NCBI RefSeq assembly: GCF_009914755.1
Contig: NC_060925.1
Source: the human T2T-CHM13v2.0 reference genome, Homo sapiens
Direction: 5' to 3' (one strand)
Length of the DNA: 64,000 nucleotides
Shown: positions 1 through 13,239 of the stretch, piece by piece
How positions within the stretch are numbered: the stretch's first letter is position 1
How the letters are laid out: every line of letters begins with the position of its first letter
Notes under the pieces: model-generated
Database searches by the model: none
The model's input: the letters and a program-made list of their open reading frames with translations, nothing else
What the model was told of the DNA's origin: nothing
Program-made: the position numbers and the translations under genes

Positions 1-1744
1 CCCTGTAACTAGGCTTGGGTCCTATTTATCTATCTCTTGGATCATATAGTGTAAGACCAGTACATAGTAGTAATTAACAAATACTAAATGACTGGTCATG
101 GAATGAGCCTACCTTATTTCTGAAAACCCCTTCTGACCTCTCAGTGCACCAAGAAATGTATGGTGACTGAAAGTAAGCTCTGAGGGTCTTAATCCCATCC
201 TTATTAGTCACCAAGGACCCTCCTGTCTTCTCTCCCGACCTTGCTCTTTCCACATGCCATGTCCAGCTAGCTTCTGGCCCTTGGTGTAATACCATATCTT
301 TGGCTCAGCTTTTAACTATCAGTTTTGACATTCTTGTTTTTGACCCTATTGCCCTCTGAGCAGCGCTTTTAATCAAATCTCCTACCCCACTTCCCATCTC
401 TGTCATCGAAACTATGGCTTTGACCACTCTACTATCTTCTTCATAATATCAGGGGTAGGGTCTGTTTTGTTCATTGTTGACTACCCAATACAAAGTTCAC
501 TAAATACTGTAAGGCTAGCACCAAACCTATGCACTTAACCAGGCCCACCCTGGTCCCAAATGAGACTGTGTTTCAGATAGAGTGAATGACAGAAGCATCT
601 AATGAAGTGCTGGGGGCTGCCTTTGTGCTAGGGAGGAGCATGAGGGCAGGCTTCATCAGAAGGGCTTCCCATGAGCCAGTAAGCTGAGTAATCCTGAGGG
701 ACGCATGCCTAACATAGCCACAATGAACCTTGTGTCACAGGGGTCAACCAGTTGCCAATTCTCTATGCGTATGCTTTTTTTTTTTTTTTCTAAACTTCCC
801 TGGAGCATATTTGCTTATTTAACTTTCCTTAATAACCAGCAGATGGCTTCTGTCTGGGCAATCATCAGCTGGTGCTTAGCAATGGCAGATTCAAGAGGAG
901 GCATGGGACTTGTTAGGGGTGGGGAATCCAGAAGACAACATACAGAATGCCAGGTGAAGTTATCAGGCATTGTCTAATTGGTGTTGGAGGCAGTGAGGGC
1001 AGCCGAAAGCGGTATTAGGAAGAACCCTTCCCAGAAGGGGGAGACTGCTGCTCAGCAAGCCAGGCAGAACCAGAGAAGACAAGGACAACTCCAGAATAAA
1101 GACTAGTTATTTTCTGAGTCCTCAGCAGCTGGCACAGTATATCAGAAATACAAGTACTCCATCAATGTATAGCAAATATAAACTGGGAGTCATCATTTAT
1201 TCATGTGTTCATCCAACAAATATGTGTTGAGTCCTACTGTGCACCAGGACACACCCAATGCATAGAAGCACTGGAGATATAGCAGCCAGCAAGGCATGGT
1301 CCCTCCTCTACCTATCTTTTGTTTGCATGAAAATGATTAAGTGCATTCATGCAGTAGAATAAGCAAAATGAATGGTTCGCTTTGCTTTAGGGAAACAGGA
1401 TCAGGTACACAGTAAGTAAGGCATGGAAAGGATATTCAGCAACTGGAAAAGAGTGAAATGCAAACATATGTAGTCAGAGAAATAAGTAAGACCATAGAGT
1501 TAGAGAAAACCTAGGAAGGTCAAGGAAAAGCTCTCCTCTGGCCTGCTTAGTAGCTCTTCCAAGTGTGGGGATACACATGATGCAAAAGGTCATAGGCGAG
1601 GAAGGTCAAACCACTTATGACAACGGGTGGCTGCCCTTTGTGTCAGAGCCCAGGGAAGTTCTCTACTTGAATGCTCACTAAGTCCTCAGCACCTGTCTAA
1701 ATAAGGCTTGTGATTGGGCTTAGTCTAATTATTAGTGTGGGAAG

Positions 1745-2390
1745 CATTTAATCATGCATTCAACAAATATTTATTGGGCACCCCCTCTGTGCTAGATACT
1801 GTTCTAGGTCCTAGAACTATGGTGATAATGTATATAAACACCATGACAACAGCCTGCTTTATTCTAGAGAAAAAGAGTAAATGAAAAAATGATTATATGA
1901 TAATATATCGGGCAGTGATAATTGGTATGAAGGCAGTAGCATAAGTTGATAGAGAGAGACACCAGTGTGTATATGTGTGTGTGTGTGTGTGTATGTGTGC
2001 GTGCTTATAGAGGGTGATTACACTTTTCCTGCATGCTTTTAAGTTAGACATGGCCAAGAAGATGTGAGCAGTAACATATGTCATAAAGAGCCTCTGTGGG
2101 GAAGTGGCATTTGAATGGAGATCTAAATGAATGGAGGCAGTAGGCCACGTGAGGGTATTAGAGAAAGTGATCCAGAGAGGGGAAGCATTGCAAAGTGTTT
2201 TCGGTGTGGCAAAAATTTGGTAATTCTGAAAAATAGCAAGGAGACTAGTGTGGAGTACAGTCCAAAGGGAAGAGCAGTGGAAGATGAGCCTGTGGTAGTA
2301 GTAAGGGTCATATCATGGAGAGATTTTAGGCCATAGTAAGGAGTGTGATTTTATTTTAGGAGTGACAGAAAGACACTGGAGAACTTGGGA
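1745..2390 (-). mobile_element. L2 LINE fragment (3' region), containing a (TG)n tract at ~1965-2005
   Basis: cattcaacaaatatttattgggcaccccctctgtgctagatactgttctagg is the typical antisense L2 3' end, followed by purine-rich L2 body. Boundaries approximate. Confidence 0.7.
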
Positions 2391-2399
2391 CCAGAAATA

Positions 2400-2762
2400 T
2401 TGTTGCAGTTGATAGCTCTGTGCACAAATGTTCTCTCTTCCTATGGTCACATGGTAGGATTACACCTTCCAGCCCACTTTTAAGTTAGACATGGCCAATA
2501 AAATGTGAGAAGTAACATATGTCATGCTTCAGTAAAATCTTTGAGTCAGTGTCTTATTTATCACTTTCTACTTCCCCCATCCTGATATTCACGGAAGTGT
2601 GTCACATCCACTCCTCCATCAGCCTGGGTCTCTGGGTGACTGCAATTACGCAGCTCATCTATGCAGTATACGTAGAATGAATGAGAAAAAGGAAGACTAT
2701 GTTAAGTGCTGAAATTTTGTGATTGCTTTGCTGCACAACTAAGTCTATTGTGACAAATACAC
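2400..2762 (+). mobile_element. MaLR solo LTR (MLT1I/J-like)
   Basis: TG...CA ends; ttaagttagacatggccaataaaatgtgag and ccatcagcctgggtctctgggtgac resemble MLT1 consensus motifs. Confidence 0.6.
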
Positions 2763-3321
2763 ATTTAACTTGTTTTACATGTTTAAAAATCACTTTGGTT
2801 CAGTTAATACTGTGAGTAATGTACCTATCTGTCTACATCTCCTCCAAACTCCACTAATATGAGAGCAAAGATATAACATTGAACATGAGTGGAAGTGGAG
2901 AAAACAGCAGATGACAAGACATACAAATGAATGAAGAGTGAACAAAGGAACCTATTTTATTTCAAATGAATTAAATAACCATTTTGAAGGGGAGAAATCA
3001 TCTAAGGAATACAAGAACATAATACTTAATAATATATCCTCAGTCTTGGTGGGTCGGGGGGGGATGCAAACCAAGCCTAAACTCTTATTAGTAGTTTCAT
3101 TTGTTGCAGAGATATGGGCAAAACAATTTTTGAAATATTTTAAATATATTATAGGATCAAACCCATGAGTAAATGTGTTAATGTTTTGGGGAACCAAGAT
3201 TCTCATTATGAAGGAGGAGACAAAAAACTATGGAATGCAGGAAGGCATGAAGAAATCAAGTGAAGCTGGGTTACATTTAGAGGTATGTTTGGCCTCATGA
3301 TTTCTTATATATTTAAAATGT

Positions 3322-3655
<334 letters not shown>

Positions 3656-3785
3656 TATGTGCATATGCACGTGTGTATGTATGCATATATATGTATACGA
3701 ATAAGGATATATATATATCCATATATATATCCATATATATATATCCATATATATATATCCATATATATCCATATATATATGGATA
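3656..3785. repeat. AT-rich microsatellite/minisatellite, (TA)n and (ATATATATATCC)n
   Basis: Tandem atatatatatcc units are directly visible at ~3708-3780. Confidence 0.9.
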
Positions 3786-3799
3786 AGGACGGGTTCTTG

Positions 3800-4730
3800 C
3801 TTACGAGAGAATGCTGAGTGCCAACTTGTAGATAGGAAGGAGGGATGGCCCTAGAAATTAATCATTTAATAATATCATCATAATGAAGACTGGTTCAGGC
3901 AAGAATCATCAATGGATGCTTAATCTAAGGGGACATTTTGACGAGGAGCAGGATATTTTCATGATCTTAAAGTGCCTGCCCACTGATTGCTTTTTACTTG
4001 CAAAGAAAAAATAGCAACCATACAGTGAAGATACTGGGCAACACTAAGACCAGGTAATTAAAATAAACATCACCAATGAGGGACACATCCTATGCCTCTG
4101 ATTTTGGTACCCAGACAACAATACAACATCATGTATGTAGTATTCTGGGCTAGAACGCATAAACTTAATGTATGCACGAGGAAACATTAGATAAAATGAG
4201 GAAGGTTCTATTTAAAAAGTGAAGAAGGGGGTTGGCTGTATTCTTCAAAATGTCATTGCTTTAAAAGAAAAGGAAAGGCTGGGGAAATGTTCTAATATAC
4301 AGGAAACTAACGAGACGACACATGGAAAAATGCTATAAAGGACATCAAGTGTGTGTGTATGTGTGTGTGTGTGCATGTGTGTTTATTTTTTCTGAACCAT
4401 TTGAGGGTAAAGTTGCACACATCATGACCTCATGCAACTTTATTCTCACTTGGCTTGTAAAGCTATTACGCATTTATATATACAGAGATGTATACATATG
4501 CATATGTTACATGCGTATGCCTACCTAGGTACACACATATATAGGGAGAAAGTGAATGGGAAAGAGAAAGAGAGGAGGCACTCAAATTATAGAACAAACG
4601 GCAAATAGATCAAAATGTTAATAGTAAGTGAAAATGGGTAAAGAGTATCTGGGTGTTCGATATACTATCTTTATTCTTACAACTGTTCTACAACTTTGAA
4701 ATTATTTTCAAATAAAAAGTAAAGAGAAAA
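3800..4730 (+). mobile_element. Old L1 3' end (L1MC4-like)
   Basis: caagaatcatcaatggatgc, gaggaaacattagataaa, and terminal ctttgaaattattttcaaataaaaagt match recalled L1MC 3' UTR motifs. Confidence 0.65.
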
Positions 4731-5204
4731 GAAATTTCTGCAGAGCCATTGTGTTGGTCAGTGCTAGAGATGGTCATAAGGAAGTGTGTGTTGGATGTTC
4801 CATCAGAATGTGAAATTATAGTGTGCTCCTGAGTGCAATAAACTCAGACGTATTTTTCATCTGATGATACCTTTGAACTTATGAATATGAGTACAGTATT
4901 TTAGAAGGAGAAGAGGACTCTCTTCTCTTTTTTCAATGTTTCAACTTCTGGCTATGTTTTTGTCTTTCTATCCAAACTAATTTTAATAGACGAAGTAATT
5001 TGCAAGAAACAACAGGCATTTTCTTGCATTGGTGTGATACAGTGCACAAGTTTTCTAAATGCTAATTAATTCCAACTTACTTTACCTGCTGTTTCAAAGG
5101 CTGGCAACTGATATTCATGATCTAAATGACAGCTGTTTCTAACCTCATATTCTTGAAAAGAAATAAGAAAAAAATAATTTTAAAAGGAATGCATCAGTTT
5201 AAAA

Positions 5205-5648
5205 CATGCTGGAAATTATCTGTTTTTCATTGAGTGGTGGAATTTCTATGTCCCTCCCCTTGAATCTGCTAACTGGTGGAACAATAGGAAAGCTGAAGTA
5301 GCATTTGGTGACTTCTGATGCTGAGTCAGAACACACATGTAGCTTCTGCTTATCTTAGCCATAAGCCACCATGTAAGAGGCCCTATTACCTTCAGGCCAC
5401 TAAAGTGACCCATGTGGAGGGATCACATGGAAAAGCCCTTAGACTGCATGGAGGGCGATGCTGGCCTATCCCCATCATGCCTGTTCCAGTACAGTTTGAC
5501 TAAAACTGCATGACAGAGCCCCCCACTTGGGTGCTTCCAGAATTCTTGGCCCACAGAAACTGTGAGAGGAAAGAAAATAATTGTTTTTGTTTTTAAACCA
5601 TTAAGTTTTAGGATGATTTGTTCAACGCAATGATAGGTAACCAGCTCA
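5205..5648 (+). mobile_element. MaLR solo LTR (MLT1E/F/G-like)
   Basis: tccctccccttgaatctg at the 5' side; cccacagaaactgtgaga...ttttaaaccattaagttttagg...ataggtaacc at the 3' end. Confidence 0.7.
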
Positions 5649-6124
5649 CAGAGGGAAAGGGGATGGAGGTATTGAAAGACAGGAGACAGCTGAACAGTAG
5701 GATCTGCAGAAGGGAAATGGCAGCAAAAAGAAATTCCATTAACATAGCAGAATCTTGGAAAGATCTAGAAGTTGGAGGACCAGCTACCAAGGAAGGTGGG
5801 GGTGGGGCATGAGGCTATTTCTATATTGTAAACAAGTCATCCTATTTCCTTTGAGCCAGGCAGTTACCTCTTCTTTATTCCAGCAAAGAATAGGACATAT
5901 GCTCTGTGGATAAACTGAAGCACAAGAGCTCTGAACTTGACAACACCAGGCATCGCAGACCCTGAGGGAGAGCTGCTACACTAAAACCAGGAGGATTCAG
6001 TAAAGGCCTGTAGTGAAATCCTCACTTCCCTTCTACCCATTCACTCATATCCTCCAATCCATTTTCAAGTGCATCCTTCTTAGCCATGATAAACAAGGAA
6101 AGTTCCATTATGAGAAATATTCAC

Positions 6125-6180
6125 AGACACACAGACACACACACACACACACACACCACACACACACACCACACACACAT
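6125..6180. repeat. (CA)n microsatellite, imperfect
   Basis: Directly visible. Confidence 0.9.
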
Positions 6181-6699
6181 GAACATTCATTTCCAGACTG
6201 AAAAGGCAAAAGGCTTACCAAGTATTGAACTCAATGAATAAAAAAGGCCCACACAATGACACACGGTCTTAAAATTTCAGAGCATTGGGGTAAACAGATT
6301 ACTCTAAGAGACACCATAGGATGGGAATGAGATGCTCCTCAAAGAATAAAATAGAATAATGGCATTAGCCTTCTGGAAGCAATACTAGGAAATTATGGAG
6401 CAATACCATGAATACTGTCTTGGCACACTCCTTAGCAGGATTTAAATTGATGGTAAGGAACACAGATCTCTGTGCTCTTGACAAGACAATATGGTCTCTG
6501 AATATTTCTCTCTTTACTGCTAAAAACTGCCTAAAATAACAGTTCTATGAAGGAAGCTAAAATTAGAACTGATTACCCAATTTCTCCTAACAGACCACAT
6601 CAGGACACATTCATTCTGCTTTACTACTCTGAACACTGTCCCCAGAAGCCCTGCATTCTTAGATCTTCCCACATTATCCAGACCTGTATCCCTATACAT

Positions 6700-7782
6700 T
6701 CTGTACATCCAGATTTGCCAAACATTTCACGTTACCCAATGCCCCAATCCTTCCACTGTGCCCTTTGGAATTCACAGTTTATTATCAACAAAATTTTCCA
6801 TATCCTTAACCTCTTGTCCAAAGGAGGGCTTCAATTTCTTGCTCTAACTGAAACTAGGTTCTCCTCTGGGAATACCGCCTCCCCCATAGTCATTTGGTTA
6901 CAGTTCTGTTAACTGTTTTTGTCCTCCCAGGTCCTGGTATCACTGGAACTGGAAGTGGGCAGGGGTCCTTCTCATTGCCTTTCCTTCCTAGAACATCCCA
7001 GTTCTCCGGAAGCCCCAGTCCCCTCCACTCCAGAGTGCTGCAGTTAGTCACCATCGAGCTAGCTGTCTGCTGCTCTTGTTCATTGACTTGGCATGTAACT
7101 TACTCTCTTTTTTTCCACATGTCCTCTTTTCATCATTCTTAACCACCACATTACAGATACGATTCATTCTCCATCCAACACCTTAATCACTTAGGTCCTT
7201 AACCTCCTTACCGTCAAGAATCTGATCTTCTATTCATGTTAGCCACACTTTCCATGCTTATACTCTAGACCATGCAATTGTCTCTATGTGAACAACCTCC
7301 AAAAATCTGTTTTTAGTATCCCATTCTCCTTTCTAGTTTCTCTATTTTCTTCTAAACTTCATTCCTTGATTGCCTCAATACTTTATGCTCCTGCAATTCA
7401 TTCACTTACCTTATCTGCCCACTTTTTAACTAGCTTAGATTCTATGACCTGTAATTTTATATATTTTTTGCTTTCCTCCTGTTCATCTGGCCCTGCTCCT
7501 AAAGCCATTGCTTTTATGTATGCTCAGATCCCGCTCACCTTCTCAAAGATTTCCCTCCTGCAATTAGGCCCCTTGTCCTTTGCATGATTAATTTCTCCCT
7601 GTATGTTGGATGATTTCCTTAAGTGCACAAGCATGCCTTAATATTATGAAACATGAAAAAGAACATCTCTTAACTCCATGTCTCTAACTGCTATTTTCTT
7701 CCTATGCTCTTTGTATAGTAAAATTCTTCAAAGAAATCCCTTATGTATTATAGTCCCACCTTCTCCACCAGAATGTAAGCCC
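6700..7782 (+). mobile_element. L2 LINE internal fragment with ORF2 endonuclease and RT N-terminal remnants
   Basis: Translations: FHCALWNSQFIINKIFHILNLL...FLALTETRF (from 6751), SHTFHAYTLDHAIV (7241-7282), LKDFPPAIRPLVLCMINFSLYVG*FP*VHKHALIL*NMKK (7542-7661). These match CR1/L2-clade APE and pre-RT motifs. Confidence 0.75.
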
Positions 7783-8511
7783 TCATTATGGAAAACAGTG
7801 TGTAGATTCCTTACATAACTAAAAGTAGATCTGCTATTTGATCCAGCAATCCCAATACTGGGTAACCACCCAGAAAAAAAGAAGTCATTATGTGAGAAAG
7901 ACACTTGCACACACATGCTTATAGCAGCACAATTCACGATTGCAAAAATATGAAGCCAGCCCAAATGCCCATCAATCAATAAGTGGATAAAGAAAATGTG
8001 AGAGATATATATATATGTATGTGTATATATGTATGTATGTATGTGTATATATGTGCTATATATGTATATATGTGATATATATGTGTGTGATATATGTATA
8101 TACATATATGCACATATACATATATATACATATGTATATGTATACACACCATGGACTACTACTCAACCATAAAAAGGAATAAAATAATGGCATTCACAGC
8201 AACCTGGATGGAGTTGGAGACCATTATTCTAAGTGAAGTAATTCAGGAATGGAAAACCAGACATTATGTGTTCTCACTTATAAGTGGGAGCTAAGCTATG
8301 AGGACACAAAGGCATAAGAATGACACAATGGACTTTGGGGACTCCGGGGGAAGAGTGGGAGTGGGGCGAGGGATAAAAGACTACACACTGGGTACAGTGT
8401 ACACTGCTCGGGTGATGGGTGTATCAAAATGTCAGAAATCACCACTGAAGAACTTATCCATGTAGCCAAATGCCACCTGCTCCCCCAAAACCTATTGAAA
8501 TAATAATAAAA
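7783..8511 (+). mobile_element. L1PB 3' end (5'-truncated) with internal (TA)n expansion at ~8003-8148
   Basis: ORF2 C-terminus (MAFTATWMELETIILSEVIQEWKT) plus L1PB-type 3' UTR (gactacacactgggtacagtgtacactgctcgggtgatggg). Flanked by a near-TSD agaatgtaagc / agaatgcaagc. Confidence 0.88.
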
Positions 8512-8539
8512 AGAATGCAAGCTCCTGGAAGTAAGGAAT

Positions 8540-8960
8540 GCCTTAATTTGGGCTTTTCCCAAAGCAAACCCCAAGATAAGCACTTGAGTGCAGAGTTTAT
8601 TTGAAAATTGTAGGGAAAAATGGCAGGAAAGTGCAAAGGTGATATAGGGAAGGGAAAACAGCCAATAAGGATGCATTATTAGGTTAACTATCATAGTGAA
8701 TGACTAGAGCTAATTCTCATGGAGAAACTCTGGGAAATGGAATAAGACCAATGCTATAGAATTACCCCATCCGAGTGAAGAGAGAGCTGGAGAAATTATA
8801 CAAATTAACTTTTCTCAGCCATTGGTTGGGAGATGCTGCAGGAAAGTGTTAATTCCACGGCACTTTCAGATGTAGATACACAGGGGAAAGTACACTGAAT
8901 GGTCCAAGGCACTGATAGTGCCTGTGTACAGGAGGCTTATCAGTCTTTGACCACTGCATA
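8540..8960 (-). mobile_element. ERVL-type LTR (LTR33/LTR16-like)
   Basis: aagataagcacttgagtgcagagtttatttg and gggaagggaaaacagccaataagg resemble the antisense ERVL LTR 3' end. Confidence 0.5.
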
Positions 8961-9056
8961 CCCAGAGACTAGAGCAAGACTGGAAATTAATAGGGGCTTA
9001 ATACATATTTTTGGAATGAATACTCAGCCAAACTATCAATCAAGAATAAAGGATTT

Positions 9057-9308
<252 letters not shown>

Positions 9309-9320
9309 AATAAAGGATTT

Positions 9321-10608
9321 GACCAAAGTGCCAAGACAATTCAATGAGGGAAGAACAGGTTTTTCAACAAATGGTGGAACTGGATATCCATAAGAAAAAG
9401 GATGACTTTTGACCTCCACTTCATACTATACACAAAAATTAACTAAGTGAATCATATCCCTAAATATAGGTGCTAAAATGATAAAACTCTTTGAAGAAAA
9501 CATGGAAGTAAGTCTGCATAATTTTGGGTTAGGCAATGATTTCTTAGAGACAATATCTAAAGCTCAAGCAATAAAATAAAACATGATAAATTGGGCTTCA
9601 TCCAAATTAAAAACTTTTGTGTTTCAGTGATACCAATAAGAAAGTGCCAAGACAACATACAGAATAAAAGAAAATATTTGCAAATCATACCTGATCAGGA
9701 ATTCATATCCACAAAGAAGTCACATAACTCAATAATTAAAAGGCAAATAACACAATTAAAAATGAGGAAAGGATTTAAATAAATATTTTTCCAAAGATGT
9801 ATGAGTGCCCAAGAAGCATTAAAGATGTTCAACATCATTAGTCATTAGGAAAATGCAAATCAAAACTACAGTGAGATATTACTTCACACCCACTAGAGTG
9901 GCTATAATAAAAAAGACATACAACTAAGGTATTGGTGAGAATGTGTACAGAATGAAATCTTCATACATTGCTGGTAGGAATGAAAAATGGTGAAGCCATT
10001 TTGGAAAACATTCTGGCAGTTCCTCAAAATCTTAAACATAGAGTTACCATATAACCCAGAAATTCCACAGCTATATATAATGAAAAATGAAAACACATGT
10101 CCACATAAAAATTTATACATGGACGCTCATAGAGGCATTATTCAGAGTAACCAAAGAGTAGAAACAACCCAATTATCCATCCACTAATGTGGATATTAAA
10201 AATGTGTCATATCCATACAATATTATAATTATATAATAAAAATCTGTCACATCCAAACAATAGAATAAAAAGAAATGAAGTACTGATAAATGCTGCAAAA
10301 TAAATAAACCTCAAAATATTATGCTTACCAAAGGAAGCCAGGCACAAAAGGCCACATATAGTATGATTGCTTTTATATGAAACTTCCAGAATAGGGAAAT
10401 CTGTAGAGACTAGGATGAGGTAGATAATAAGGAGTGATGCTAGTGATAAGGGATTTTTTTTTTTGCAGTGATAAAATGTTCTAAAAATAGATTATGGTGA
10501 TGGCTGTACAACTTTGGAAATATACCAAAAACATTTAATTGTATATTTTAAATGGGTAAATTTTATGGTATGTAGATATCTCAATAAAGCTGTGGCTATA
10601 TTAAAAAA
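9321..10608 (+). mobile_element. L1MB-type LINE, ORF2 3' part and 3' UTR
   Basis: Degenerate ORF2 peptides (IQIKNFC, KPFWKTFWQFLKILNIELPYNPEIP) and a 3' end tatctcaataaagctgt. Confidence 0.85.
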
Positions 10609-11426
10609 TGAAGGCAGAATGGAAACATTTTAGAAATTCATGTTTCCCAAAAATTTATCATACAGAAATTGCTGCCTAGGAAGTTACTGAAGGATATGTT
10701 GCATTGAGTCAATGGGACAAACCTAAAAGTATGTAAACCTATAACCTAAGTAACTCATAATTCTGGGTCCCTAATGTAAGACAGCAGCAAAGGGAAGCCC
10801 AGGATGGCAGCCATGTAGCCAGCCTGAGAAGAAACATTGCTAAAAAGGAACCAGAGGAGAAGAGCTCCAATAGGGATGACTCCAGGGGGAAAAAAATTCT
10901 TTTGGTTTATACATTTTGTCTTGGGAAAAATACCACTTAGAGTAGACTCTTGGAGAGCTAGCAAAGAATTAGAGCTGGTAAGATTGAAAATCAAACAAAC
11001 AGAGAAATAGTCAATTAACAATTCAAGAAAGACAAAAAATCTGTAAAAATGGAAATGTAATCAGAGTAAACTACTAGGCTCAGCAGTGAACAACATTGAC
11101 ATAGTCATAATGTTATAATTGAATAGGGATACAACTGGTGTTGCTGAATTGACCAGTGACAATGCAACACACCAACTAAATGGCAGAGGTGGGATTAAAA
11201 TCTGGGTATCCTTGAGATTAACATCCACCAGAACACTACGTTGACACTGTAATTCACAAGTTTAAAAGTGCATGACATCTGGCTCTACTATAGAGTAAAC
11301 AAACCAATTATCCCATCAATCTTTGAGAAAAGTCCATTCCAGCTTTGCAACCATCCAGTTTCTGAATGCTTTTGTTTTTCTCAACAAGCTGACTCCATTG
11401 AGTGAATATGGATGAGACACCATCTT

Positions 11427-12134
11427 TTTGAATATTTTAATGCTTATGTATTATAAAAGTATTATGTATTATAAAAATTGTTCTCATTTTCACCAGAACA
11501 TTTTGTTTTTAAATAGCTCTATTGAGATATAATTCAAATACCTATGTATGTATCATCTCACATTGAGATATGCAATTCACCCAATTAAAGGGCATAGTTC
11601 AGTGGCGTTTGGAATTACATTCTTAATTTTTTAAGTTATGGGAAAATATATACATGAAAAATTTGCCATTTTAATCATTTTTAAGTGTACAATTCAGAGA
11701 CATTAATTATATTCACAAGGTTGTACAACCATCAGCACTATGTAATCCCAAAACTTTTTCATCACCCCAACAGAAACTCTGTACTCGTTAAGCCATAACT
11801 CCTTCATCTCTCCTCTCGCATCTTTGGGTAACCTCTAATCAACTTTCTGTGGTTGAAAATTTGCCTATTTTAGATATTCCATAAAAGAAGAATCATACAT
11901 TTGTCATTTTGTGGCTTACTACCCTTAGCATAATGTTGATGACATTCATCCATGTTACAGCTTATATCAGAACCTCATTCCTGGGCTGGATGATATTCCA
12001 TTGTATGTATATACTACATTGTGTTGGTCCATTTATCTATTGATGGACATTTGAGTAGTTTTGACCCTTGGGCTATTGTAATTAATGCTTCTATGAACAT
12101 AGATGTACAGGTATCTGTTCAACCCGTTTTCAAC
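11427..12134 (-). mobile_element. TSD-flanked retroposed segment: L1MB 3' end (~11625-12134) plus ~200 bp of extra 3' sequence containing a second old L1 tail
   Basis: Identical 14-bp direct repeat tgagacaccatctt at 11413-11426 and 12135-12148; antisense L1MB motifs ttttaagtgtacaattcag and catcaccccaaacagaaactctgtac. Confidence 0.75.
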
Positions 12135-13239
12135 TGAGACACCATCTTGAAATAAAAAATACATGAAATTGGGAGTCAGGCGGCCTCAAGTGTAGCCCTG
12201 GATATGTCTATGAATAGCTATCAGGTCCTGGAAAAACAACTCTCTAAGCTGTTTTCTCATCTGCAAACAAGACAGCTTTAACATTTTTTATTAGAACACT
12301 TCTAGACACTGGGGTTTAACAAAACAGTTCACATGAAAAATAAAATTATCTGTTATACTCTGTGAGTAAAAACATATTTTATAAATTAAAATTTATAATA
12401 GGAATTTATAAAGCAAGACAATGACCATAGTTTATCATGTTTCAATACCTAAAAAAAATGAAATCAGAGACTACTGATGACAGTCTGTGTCTATTTAGCC
12501 CATTGATGTGTCTCTTTTTGAAAACACAAGACCAGCCTCTTAATTTTTTTGACTTACTGACAGGCGTAGTGTCTGATCAATCATGGCCAAAACTTATTTA
12601 AACTGGTTCAAGTAAAATTTATGAGAAGATATTGGGTAGGTCAAAGAACCTCCAATTTGGATAGAGAATAGGGTCAGATAAGATGCAATCACCTTTCTGG
12701 AATGTGTTTAGCTGCAATCTCACCTCTGCCTGGCACTGACAGTGTGGGAACCAAGCGTGTGAATACTACCACAGTACTGGGATGTCAGGCACTAATGTCC
12801 ATAGAAGCTCACCATCATCACTTTCTGCTACTTACGTACTCCAGGAATGGATTCAGTCAGTGCCTGCTTTTTCGCATTTTATGTTGTGAATGAAAATCTC
12901 AAAAGGCTGCAACTAATGGCCAGAGCACAGGTCACATGTCTATATCCTAGTTGCAAGAGAGACTGGAAAATTGAGTCCCAGCTTCTAATTTGCAGAGATG
13001 GCATGCATAAGATGAGAAGCTCCTTCAATATAGAAAATTTACTCAAAGCTCATTGTTGGCCACCAATTGGACAAATGTCCACTGCAGTCCTGAGTTTTTT
13101 CCTCCTGAAAATAAAGGTAAATTCCATATGATAAGCTTGCATTTTAAAAGTTCACAGTCTGATTAATTTAGTAAAATTTCAGTTACATTACAGTTTCATT
13201 ACAACCTTTCAGATTGTAAACTTTTTTTCTTGTTTTTCC

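Noticed and set aside
10197-10262. Short imperfect direct duplication aaaat(g/c)tgtca(t/c)atcca(t/a)acaata
   Set aside because: Ordinary local slippage inside an old L1.
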